Of a DNA stretch of 64,000 bases, positions 49,057-60,574 are shown in pieces. The stretch's first letter is position 1. The number at the start of each line of letters is the position of its first letter. The position numbers were made by a program, and so were the translations under genes. The notes beneath the pieces were generated by a model, which saw nothing but the letters and a program-made list of their open reading frames with translations, had not been told where the DNA came from and made no database searches. The DNA is from Lepidodermella squamata (Eukaryota > Animalia > Gastrotricha): positions 310,001-374,000 of the forward strand of contig JBLDXI010000046.1 of the NCBI GenBank assembly GCA_047495785.1, in the 5' to 3' direction.

Positions 49057-51317
49057 TCAATTGCAACCTTCCGCTGGACATGCTGCTGAAATCTCAAGTC
49101 TTAAAGAGTTTCAATGAACCTACAGCCCGATTCTTACCTGAAACCTCTGAAAATGCAACAGATAGAAGAATATAGTTGAAGTGACAAAATAAAACTCACG
49201 TTTGAAGCAATTGGCTCCTGTCCAGCCAGAATTACAGGCACACACGTTTGGAGCAATACACTTACCACGACGGTAACAGTTCTTATCACAGACCGCTAAA
49301 ACAGGCATCAAATTAAATGAAATTCATTGTTGTTGTTGTTGGCAAGTTGGTTCAATGAAATCAAACAATAGAACAGCCTTTAGAAATAGGTCTTACAGGC
49401 TGAATTTTTGTACTCGGAAATGGGGTAAAAATGGACCTCAAAAACTCAAAAATAGCCGAAAAGCTCGAAATTTGGGGATGGCTTGAGGGTGACTTGTTCG
49501 AGGATGATTTGGACAGTAGGCGAACAATGAGCCGGTTTAGCCGCTGGTTCCTATTGTTCTCAGCCGTCGGCGGGCCCGTGTGAGATAAGTAAGGCGAGAT
49601 TTGTTCAAATTCGTTGAATTTGAATTTACACTTTACAGCGCATACGGGCACGTTTTTAGAGAACCCCAAGGCTTGGGGTTCTCTAAAAACGGCGCTTTAC
49701 CACTATACGCTTGGGGCCCAAGCGTATAGTGGTAAAGCGCCGTTACCCGACTTAGCCGTCGGCTTGAACGTGTTAAGCCAGATTGGCTATGAACTGAAAA
49801 CAAAGGACGTGCGCGCGCAACTTTCCGCCTTGCTATGGCTCATTTTGCGCGCTCATCTTAGCTTTTGGGGATCCAAATTTAGAAAGCGAAATTTCGCAAA
49901 ATACTCGAGATAAGCGACTAACGCGTTAGACAATCTGGCGGTTTCCAGTCCGAAGTGCAGATGCATCGATTCGGGCGAACACACGTTCCGCCGTAGGCAC
50001 AACCAGCCGGGCATATAGCTGCAATAATTGCTACAATCGTTCGATTCTCATGATACATTAAAAAAGGAATTACGTGAGTCGCACAGCCCACCAGTCCAGC
50101 CTGATGCACATGTGCAGACGTCCTTAGCCGTACAGTTACCTCCCATGCCACAAGCTGGAGTACAAGTAGCTGCAACATGACTTAGACTTCAGACTGGTCA
50201 AATAGGAAAGAATCGTTCCAACTTACGCTTGCTGCAGTCCCGCCCAGTCCAACCTGCCTGACATGTGCATGTGTAGCCACGAGGGCGGGACAGATCCCCA
50301 ACACATGATGCAGGTTGGCAATTCGGGGCGCACGTAATTTCTGTTTTAAGCACACATTGATCGGTCTTATCTCAATGGTCTCAGCGCGTCTTAGTAGTTT
50401 TATATTTACCCATTAATTTGTTAAGGTGGATTTAACATTGGCGATTTTCGCCATAAGTGAAATGCTAGCAAAATACCACCTTCTTACCCGATAACTTAAA
50501 CAACAGTTTTTCTTACGATTGATAAGCTGGCATTGTTGTCTCAAAACTGCCATGTCTCCAAGAGAAAGAGCAGATTTGTGTATCGAAACACAGGCAAACT
50601 TCATGTTACTTGATTCACTTGGTGGCCTGGAAGAAGATCATTTAAATAGTATTAGCTATCATTCTTAAACAGAACTAACTGATTCCTTCTTGCCAAGGTC
50701 AAAAGTGAGCTGGTCGCCGGTACAGATGATGAGTTCTGGTTAACTCTTCCGCTGGATGCTGTATCGCAGACAGCGTAAAGCGATGAGTTGGAGGCGTTGT
50801 AAACCATCGCAACGAACAGCCATGTTGTGAAATTACATGCAAGTTGTGCAGAACCCACGTTACGATTGGAGGTATATAGGAAATTTGGCTTGGGATCGGT
50901 GCCATTATTTGAATTATAACGCCACAACTGACCCCTGAAATATCCACTTGCGGTCCATTCAAAAATAGGACATTTCATCGGAGCGACAACGAAACCGGCG
51001 ATTGTGAATGAAGATGTACCCACGTCGACTCTAGTGTCGTTAATTTCGATCCAACTTGTATTGTCAGCCTTATTCGTCTCCCAGGCTGTATTGTTCGCTC
51101 CGAACGGTCCCTGGGTCAAGACGCCCATGTTTGTTTTGAAAGCCGCGTCCACCGAATTGCCAGATACGTCCCGCGTGCCGAACAGATCGTTGAACGGCCA
51201 AAACGCAACCAAATTTGGAAAATTTGTAACTTGATTATACTTGAATTGTGCAATGTACAGCTGGCCATTCACCAGACAGCGGAGCAGACAAATGGCAAAT
51301 ATTATAGTTGATTTCAT
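49057..51317 (-). CDS. Secreted LamG-like + 4 EGF protein, copy G5 (ends QVS-AACPAEGCN*)
   Basis: Same exon structure; microexon 49138-49146; ~550-bp repeat inserted in the EGF3-EGF4 intron. Confidence 0.88.
49361..49913. repeat. Dispersed repeat inside the G5 intron, containing two abutting perfect palindromes; related inverted copy at ~52388-52495
   Basis: aataggtcttacaggctgaatttt matches the reverse complement at 52447-52470; palindromes at 49651-49691 and 49688-49744. Confidence 0.7.
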
Positions 51318-52938
51318 ACCGAGAAAACTACGCTTTTTGCACGAAAAGGAATTTTCTGTAAGATCAAAGAATTTTACTTGTGCGGGAGAAAAATGTCATT
51401 AATAATGGATAAATCTGAGCTCGGTTCGTTTCCAGCTTTAATCACATGCTGCTTTGATTGGCATACCAGATAGCGCTTGCGACTGTTTTATTGCGCAACT
51501 GCCCAAGCTGAAAGCAAGTAAGGTTGCAGCCAGTAGCTTCTGTATCGCACGAATAATGTCCTCATGGATAAAATTCATTTTTTCAGAGTTACAAATACGT
51601 GTAAATCAGGTGTGGCAAGTTCTTCATATTACGCGTATTTTGCGCTTGAAGCGGTCAGTTCACAAGTTAAGCCTGCAGAGCCAATATCGATTCCAATATC
51701 AGCTGTCGATCGAGCCAATATCGATTTTTCCGATATCAGCTGTCTTGGAAAATCGATAATTTTTCCACGTTGCTTAGGCTCCCATGTTGCCTAGGATAAA
51801 AAAGCCTAGGATCAGAGAGGGCATCACAATTGATCAAAAACCGAAGACGCCGATATTGCAAAGAATCTCAAAAATTTGGTGTAAGGATGCTTAAAGTTAG
51901 CACTAGAACCTCGGCGTTAGGCCTTAGTATTTGGACCCTAAAACCTAACAAAATGTAAAGTTGACGTTTTAAAAGATTTTAAGAAGCATTTAAAGAATTA
52001 CCCAAATCTTCGCCTCGATCGGCTATTTGGCCACAATTAATTCAACAACAACAAATAAGCATAAGGTCGGGACGGTTTTTTTGGGTTAATTCAATTGTTT
52101 ACCAGCTTCAATGGCCTATCCGGCCCCAGGTCATTCAATGAAGAATATAGGTTAAGATGTGCTAAATTCGAACACAGCTTCGGAAGCGTTGACGCTCAGA
52201 CCTTATCCGTTCAACAGACTCAGTATATTCTGACGAGGTAACTGCCTTCGAAATTGTGTTGACTTTGGCTACACAGGTTTTGAGTATGCCCAATAATTTC
52301 ACTGCTGGAACGAAAATCTGAATAACATTGTGACGGCGAAATTGCGTCTCAACAAAAATCAGAAAATCAAAGCTCGTCGTTCTTGCAGCAAAACCGGCTA
52401 ATTTTTCGCCTACTGTCCTCATTCACCAAGCCATCCTCGAATACGAAAATTCAGCCTGTAAGACCTATTCCTGCAGGCTGCTCTATTGTTAGATTTTTTC
52501 TTGCGACGCGATTTCGGCGTCACTATGAACGTGATTTTACCTCTATTTTATTTACAATGCAAAAGGCTAAAGCAAAGGTAACTTGCTGGTGTATTGGCAA
52601 TCTCAATGCCCCTTCCAACTAGTCTTTCACTATGAATTTCCTTCGGCTTGAAATACTTTCGAAACGCATGAAAAAATTCGTAAGTTTTTAGTTTTTAGGT
52701 TGTAGTTCAGTTCAGTTGGGAAAAGCAATCTGTTTACTTAAAAAGTCAATTTTCCGTGTCATTTTAAACAGTGGAATACTCATGTCAGTCATCACCCCTG
52801 TTGACTTGTCAACAAAGTGTCCGCACACAACAAGAAATAGAATCGCACGCTGCTAGACGTTTATCGAATGTTGATTCAATTTATCATTTTTTCAAAATGG
52901 TTTTTGTAAACGTTCACGGTTTTAGTTATCGTAAACAA

Positions 52939-53483
52939 ATGAAATTATTACTCGAAATATTGGCCGCGATTTTTGCCGCTAGCCGGCTCGCACTATGTGG
53001 ACAGTGGGCTCGTTGCTTTTCGCAGTTCGACGACCGATTCACTGATTGCCATGAACTACCCAGCGGTTGTTCTCTGCTACGTGAATATCAGGTCATTTTG
53101 AGTAAACATGGATAGTCACAAGTAGAAGTGTATCTATTTTTGTACCAGTACGGAGGCAGCCTGACAGACCAAACGACGTGTTTGCGAGCGGTTTGCTTCT
53201 TCGCTGAATCAACGCAATTTTTCGATCTATTTCCTTTTTCCACCCGCAGACTGCTAGATTGTGCTATGGATTTCCAGCTAATGCAGCAACCTGCCGACCC
53301 GGCAATCCCGGATGCGGAAAATTTACCGAAATCATGGTGGAAATTTTATCACAGTGAAAAACTTGACTATTTATTCAAAATATATCTGCTCCAAACTAGA
53401 CGAAAAAACTGACGGGAATGGCAAACTTGGACGCATGCCTGAGGAACATCAACAGTAAGCGATACAGTTTTTCAAGAATCTGA
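52939..53483 (+). CDS. Short secreted protein of two 4-Cys repeats, copy B (121 aa; exons 52939-53091, 53149-53190, 53250-53336, 53400-53483)
   Basis: ATG and signal peptide intact; exons 4-5 of the long form are deleted in frame; reads through the next donor to TGA; AATAAA ~65 nt downstream; no lectin exons. Confidence 0.6.
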
Positions 53484-53700
53484 ATCCCGATTTCAGATCA
53501 TTTTAAACCAGAAAGGCACGAAAAGCATTGCTAGCTCTCCGATACTAATAAACTAAAATGATTTAAAATAAATTACCTCAGAAATCGCTTTTTAAACTGA
53601 AGTTGCCATATAACTAAATTCAAAGCAGAGCTAAAATAGCGCTAAAATGGCACACAAAGTTATGATGCAAGTTTTGATTAGGTTTTCGTGGCTATTCAAT

Positions 53701-55622
53701 TCAATCGCAACCTTCCGCTGGGCATACTGTTAGAAGTTCCAAGTCTCTTAATAGTTTCAATGAATCTATAGCATGCTGCTTACCTGAAACCTCTGAAAAC
53801 GTAACAGATAGAAGAAAAGTTACAACAGTACAAGAACACTCACTCGTGAAGCAGTCAGGTCCTGTCCAACCAGCATCACAGGCGCATGTGTTCGGAGCAA
53901 TACACTGACCGCGACGGAAACACTTCTTAGCACAGAGAGCTGATGCGTATGAAATTACATAAAATGCACAGTTAATTTCGCAGACTCAAGCTTCGAGCTC
54001 AAGCCCCGCCCTGGAGATGCGCCTAAATAGCCTAAACTCACGAGCTACGCAATCTGGCGGCCGCCAGTCTGACGTACACATGCATCGGTTAGGGCGAACG
54101 CACGTGCCACCATTTGCACAGCCATTAGGACAGACAGCTAATTCATTCGTTTATTCATTGGCAAAGCGCGGCGATTATGGAAGATCAAACATACGCGTAT
54201 CGCACAGCGTACCGACCCAACCTGGCCCGCATGTGCAGGTATCCGGTGCCGAGCAACGTCCGCCGACGCCACAGCTTGGATTGCAAGTGGCTGCGGATGT
54301 AAATATATTCGGGAAATAAGAAACAGAAACGCTTTTTCGGCTTACGGTTGCTGCATCTCATACCGGTCCAACCGGCCTGGCAAGTGCATTTGTAGCCACT
54401 CAAGCTTCTTGGATGACTGCCACAGGTGCCAGGCAGACACTTCTCGGAACAAGTGATTCCTGTTTTTTCTTTTTAAATGCAAACCAAAAGGTTATGCCCC
54501 AAATTTTAGTTGTTGGCTAGCTAGAATAACTCAATCGTTTTAAGTCGGTCTTATCAGTGTGGGGTTGGGGGTATCATACCTTCATCACGGCCCGACCGGC
54601 GAAGAAAATGAAAATTTAGCCCACTGATTAGTCAATTTTATGAGGTTTCAGAGCATGTTTTAGCGGAGAATATTCAACATTTCCTCGCTTCGCAGCTAAA
54701 GCCTGCTCTGATCAAAACCTCTTGAATTTGACTAATCACTAATCAGTTGGCTAAGTTTTCTTTTTCTCCATTGTCCTGCCCAACCCGACCTATTTTATTC
54801 CAATCTAGAAAGATTTCCTCACGGTTTATAAGCTGGCATTGCTGTCTCAAAACGGCTAGTTGGCTGAGCGACAATGCGGCCTTGTGCAGCGACATACAAG
54901 CATACTTGTTGTTGTACGATTGCAAATTATCAAGGCTTAGAAACAAACAGACGTATAGTTACCCAATATTAACCGTTTGGATATTTAGCAGACCTTCTTC
55001 CAAAAGCCAACTTGGTACCAACTAGCCAGGTATATTCGCCGAGTATCAAAAATACGGTTGTATCGCAGACCATGTAGTATGAGTTGTTTCCAGCGTTGTA
55101 GACAAGCGCCACGAATTGCCATGTCGTGAAATTGCAGGACATTCTGACTTCGGTTCCACTGCTATCGCCCATGTACAGATAATTCGGCTGATTGTCATTA
55201 GGACTAAAATAATCGTAACGCTGCATGTTAGTTGTTGCACCTCCTTTGAAGTTCCATTCGAAAATATAGCTTTTCCGCGGCACAAACGCGAAACCGGCGA
55301 TTGTGAATGAAGATGTACCCATGTCGACTCTGGCGTCGTTAATTTCGATCCAACTTGTATTGTCGGCTTTGTTCACCTCCCAAGCTGTTTTAGGTGCTCC
55401 GAAGGGTCCGTCCACCAAAACTCCGGGGTTTGTACTGAACACAGCATCAACCGAATTGCCGGAGATGTCACTCAAGGCGAACTCCTCGTTGAGCGGCCAA
55501 AAGGCTACTAGATTCGGAGAATTAGCAGTTAGATTAAGCCGAAATTGCGTGATATTCAGCCCATAAGCTTCAGTGAACAAGCAAATAGTCATGAAAAAAC
55601 TGGAGCAGGTGAATGAGCTCAT
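53701..55622 (-). CDS. Secreted LamG-like + 4 EGF protein, copy G6 (ends KVS-VCPAEGCD*)
   Basis: Same exon structure; microexon 53784-53792. Confidence 0.88.
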
Positions 55623-56646
55623 TTTTTCCGGGAGATACAAAATTTCAGCATAGAAATAATTGCTCATCCTTCTCGCAAATATATATGGCAATGCGCATCA
55701 TAAATGTTGAATGAACCAACGCCAACGCTTTCGCAGGGTTCGCAAAACTCGCAGCAATCCTGCATGTTTGGAGCCAGCGATGCAAAACCAGACGAATTTT
55801 ATCTTCTTTACGCGTGTCGTAGTTTATCGAATTCAAATGCACGTCTGAGCAAAAATGGTCATCAAAGCAAACACAAAAATAAAAAAGAAGAACGAAAAAG
55901 TATGACAAGACCCAGTTTCCCTGAATGTCTCGCGCGTGCTTTACCTGTAACATTCTTAAGCCGAGCATGGTTTCGGGCTGCGCTGAAAACTTGAAATAGG
56001 GTCCTCCTTTTAGCGGGACCAAATTTTGAAATTTTCTAGTGGCCTGAAATCGCTTCTCGGATATTTCTTTCGGGTCAAGATTGACCACAACAATTCTAGA
56101 AAAATCAGCAGCAAATTCAGCGTAACATTCTCTTTAAGGCTGAGTATTCAATTTCAATTCGGAACTAAGGTTTCGCCTACAATTCGTAGAATTATTCAAA
56201 AAATTACTCCAGAATTTCCTAAAATTCAAAAGTCATACAAAATTGTATTTATTCTCGTCAAAGTTTTTCAAAGTTTTGAAAATTAATTAAAAATCAACAG
56301 TAAAATTGTTTTAGCTTCGTCTCATTCAAGAGGAATTCAAGTTCAAATTCAAGATCAAATAATTCTTAAAATTCGATTCATGTCGAGTAGAAAAAGGTCA
56401 TTTGTGGAGTTCATTAGTCCATTCGCAATTGATAGCCGGAAATGTGATCACCCTGACGCCGGAATGGTCAAAATGAGAAAAAGTTCTAAACGGCGTTCCC
56501 CAATTTCCCAGATTTTTCCAACTGACCAACTGACAGAAATCTTATTTTCAGAAAAGCTAGTACTGGATCCTCAAACTTAGGGTTATACCACCTATTTGAA
56601 TAAACTCTCATAAAATTATCGAAAAATGTGGTGTAATTTATTTCAT

Positions 56647-57784
56647 TTATTCAGCACCATTTAGGTCGAACAAGTAATTATATGTCCTAATTAATGAGTC
56701 ATTTTTCGGCTGTTGAACAATTTTCGGTAGATAATTGTACTTTTTCGCAATTTTACGCCGCCGCCCGCCCGACGGGTAGCAGTACGAGAAGGACAGCATA
56801 ACACTAGGCGGGTTGTCGATAAAATATCGATTCAAATGCGCCTGTTCGTGAAACCTCGCAATAATGCGTTTCTCAACATCAGCGCGCACGTTTTTCGCTA
56901 AATCTCGCCACAACGCCATAACTCGGTGATTTCGACCGCCGTAGAAGCACCCCGTGTAGTAGGTTTTCGTGTTCTTCTCAGTTGGACTAACGTAGGCCGT
57001 TGATTGGGTTTCATTTCGCTCGAGGCAGTCGTCCCATTTCGATGAGAGAATGCCGGATTGGCACATGTCCTGAGTCCCGACTAGGTCGCCCAAAATTTCA
57101 TAGCCAACATCGTCGTCGAAATACATTTCGGCATCGAGGGAATAGAAAAATTCATATTTCTGAGGAATAAAAATTTAAATTTAAAAAATTTAAAAATTTA
57201 AAAATTTAAAAATTTAAATTAAAATTGAAAATTGAATAAAATATGAAAAATAATTGAAAATTTCATTAAAAAATTTGAAAATAAAAATTGAATAAATTTG
57301 GAAAAATTCTGAAATTGATGGAAAAAATGTCATTTCAAATTAAATTTTTAAATTATTTTGTATTTATTGAAATTAAGGAAAAATGAAATAAACGTACATC
57401 AATTATATGATTTGAGCCGATAAATTTGAAGTAAATTTCCGGTCGATAAATGCTGGCACCGGGCCAGCCCAAATTTGGCTGGTAAACATAAGTCACCCTG
57501 GTTGTGTTTGCTACGCCTCGTTTCGCATCAGTGAATATGTAAAAATGATGCTCGGCCACGTTTTTCAACAGATGTTGCTCAGCTGTCCGTAACAGCCGCT
57601 TCGTTAGCGGGAAATATTTGCCGGTTGCCATGACAAAAATCGCGAGTTTCGGCTTGGCTATAGCAGGTGAGACGATTTCATCGGCTGATTTTACATCGTT
57701 GCCATTTCGGAGAAATACGCAATAGAAAATAACAATAGCAAGCGCTAAAAGGATGAATTTGCTCGATCTAGCCTTCAACTCCAT
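56647..57784 (-). CDS. GT6-family (ABO/alpha-1,3-Gal(NAc)-transferase-like) type II membrane glycosyltransferase, 299 aa (exons 57784-57398, 57159-56647)
   Basis: TM anchor; ATGKY, FYIFTD, WP..S..R, LDAEM.F...VG.E.LGDLV, ER...S.AY, YYTGCFYGG, HEQAHLNRYF and PKN align with GT6 motifs; phase-0 GT-AG intron. Confidence 0.9.
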
Positions 57785-58542
57785 TCGTATATAGAGAGAA
57801 TAACATACGGTTGTGAAAAAGGAGAGAGAAGAAGGAGGAGAAATGAATTTTTTCTATTTTAGCATTCATAAAATCGATCCACCTAAATGATCGCGTGGAT
57901 TTTGTGCGCGCGATATCGTGAGAAAATTGGTCATTAATTTTTCTAAATTCCTGGTGTTTTCTTTGTTTCAGAATCGATATTACCGATCGACCACATTTAG
58001 ATAATTATATTCCATCAATTTCGCATTGATCTTTGGAATCGCTGTTACTTGAAATTCGACTTTCGAAATTTTTTGAATTTTTTTGAAAATGTATGGCATT
58101 TCAGCATCTGCTCAGTGGCCTCATTTCGGACAAAATAAATTCCAACTTTGGAATCTTTGCCAAGTCCCTCGTTTTCATCGTTGGAATTCATAATGTCCGA
58201 AATGAGGTCACCTTGGACAGAATCTTAAAGGCCACCAATTTGTTGCATATAGCACGATCAGCGATTCGGAATCGATTTCAAAATTCGATTTCAAATATTG
58301 ATTCTACAAATCAGGGATTTTTCTTTAAATTTCATTACACGCCTGAGAGCACCAGGAATCAAAAATACAAAATTCCGGGTTTAATTTCCAACAAGAAAAG
58401 AAAGCGGCCGGGAAAATCGTTGCCACGAAATTAGAATTAACCTATAAATGTTGATTAAATTCTTTTATCGTATTTTTTATTTCCGCACCCTTTCATCGAG
58501 TAAAAAGGACTCAATAAAAATTTTCAAAACGTTTTCAAATGT

Positions 58543-59559
58543 TTACTCCAATCCACCATAATCTCTGAGTAATTGCTGTAAACCGCGATATCCACGTCGT
58601 TTCGCGTACCAAGAAGCAGTCTGATTTTCGTTATTTCTCGCATTCACCTCAGCGCCTCTTTCCAGCAATAAACGGGCGCAATCCTTCTGGTTCGATTTAG
58701 CCGCTATTAACAGCGCAGTGTCGCCTAAATTATCCTTCGCTTCGATAATTGACCCAATTTTTTCGTCACTCAACTCATCTAGTAATAATTTCGCCATTTC
58801 CAGATGACCTTTAGCCACGGCTATCATCAACGCAGTTTGCCGGTCGAATGCGCTTTGAAGCGATTGATTTGTGCCGTTTTCAAGGAGAAACTTCGCGATG
58901 GGGATGTGGTTGAAACCAGCCGCGGTCATTAAGGCCGTTTGCCCGGTTATTTTTTCGAATGCGTCGATTTTTGCGCCATTTTTCAGGGCTGTTTTCACAG
59001 CTTCGACTCGACCAAACGTCGCAGCAGTAAAAAGCTGGAACTGAGCCCGATCGTCCTAAATGCATTAAAACTTGAGCATTACGAAGATCAGATGGAAATG
59101 TGAAGAAAAATAACCTCAATTTTTTGGAAAAATATTTTGAAAAACTCGACAAAAATCGAAAAAATAGTTAGGAATTTTTTAAACTAAAATTTTCTTAAAT
59201 TAAATTAAAAACTCAAGATAAAAGAAATAATAGGAAAGTTAAAATGGATCAAATTTGATTATTAAAAAATATTGATTTAAAAATATTAAAATCGTCCTTT
59301 AAATATTTCAACATATTCAACCTTGTAAGTTTCAGTTGCGTTGTTGTACGATTCCGCGGCAGCTTTTGCCGTATTGATAGCAAAATCCATGTCGATTCCT
59401 TTCACCTAAACGCCAACGAAGGAAAATTATTGCCAAGAATCGAGCTTCAGCCAAATTTTTTACCGCATTTTTGTTACAGGCGTGCGATTGTTCAGCTATA
59501 AAAATTGCTGCGATGATCAGAGTGTTCAGGATTTTTTGTTTAATTCCGAAAGAATTCAT
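58543..59559 (-). CDS. Ankyrin-repeat protein with predicted signal peptide, 230 aa (exons 59559-59464, 59405-59322, 59055-58543)
   Basis: Three phase-0 exons join in frame; 4-5 ANK repeats (GQTALMTAA, QTALMIAV, GDTALLIAA); N-terminus MNSFGIKQKILNTLIIAAIFIAEQSHA. Confidence 0.8.
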
Positions 59560-60574
59560 GGTAGCGGATAGAAAACTGGTTTAAATTTCGAGATTTCGAC
59601 GTTTTTAAACACCATATAACATTCCTGAGCTGCGTTTTTATGCTAATTAGATCAAAACGTGTTGCGACTTGTGATACGTGAATGAGAAATTCCTAAAACA
59701 ATTAACCAGTTTGTATCTATTTCGGAATTAACCCGTAACAAAAATGTGACCAATTACAGGGCCGGAATAATCAGGAATGTGAGAGAAAATCAGAAGAAAT
59801 GCATAGCCCGAATTTGTAAGGAAACCCCGTAAGAAAAGGCCGTTGCATATGCAAATGAGCATCGGGCGTCCAAAAAATTATCCGCCAATCGTCCGAAGTT
59901 ACTCAAAAGCACGTTTGATAAATTGCCAAAAATCAGCTAAAAATCGAGAAAATTCTCAAAATTTGCTGGGAAATGAGGAAGAATCCACATTTGCTTGAAT
60001 TTTGAAGGAAATTTTCCATCCATCAATACTAACCCCAAGTTGTGCCTAAAAAAACGACAGACCGTCATAACAGCAAATACCCAAAACAGCAAACGCGACA
60101 AAACAGCAACATTTTCAACTTGCGACATAACAGCAGAAACACGATGCATCTTTCACATAGTAAGTTGTTGCTGTTTTGTCGCATTCGCTGTTTCGCGAAA
60201 TTGCTGTTTTTTCGCCGTACCTAAAAACCCTGACCCCAGAATATGTCTAATGTGGAGTGGGTAAAATAATTCATCCTGCCTCGTCTGGGCCCGCAGTAAA
60301 GGTTCAAGTGTTGAGGCCTAAAAATGCTATGGGGTACGTGAACTGAATTAATCGAATTCGAGTTGAAATATTAAAGTAATGAATGAAACCTGTCAACGAG
60401 TCCAATTTTTGATGCACAAAGCTCTTCAATTTTATTTCAATACTGTCCAAATACCGAGCTCACCACAGCAGTCCGAAAAACTGAGCAAATATAATACGAA
60501 GTCTTAATCCAGAAATATTCTGCTATTTTGCTATTGCGAGTCTCTTTTGCTACCAGTTCTACTTGACCGGTCCC

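Noticed and set aside
51680-51745. Short tandem ccaatatcga/cagctgtc repeats
   Set aside because: Two degenerate units only; no boundaries or function can be supported.
57160-57397. Extremely AT-rich (aaaattt)n stretch
   Set aside because: Low-complexity intron of the GT6 gene.
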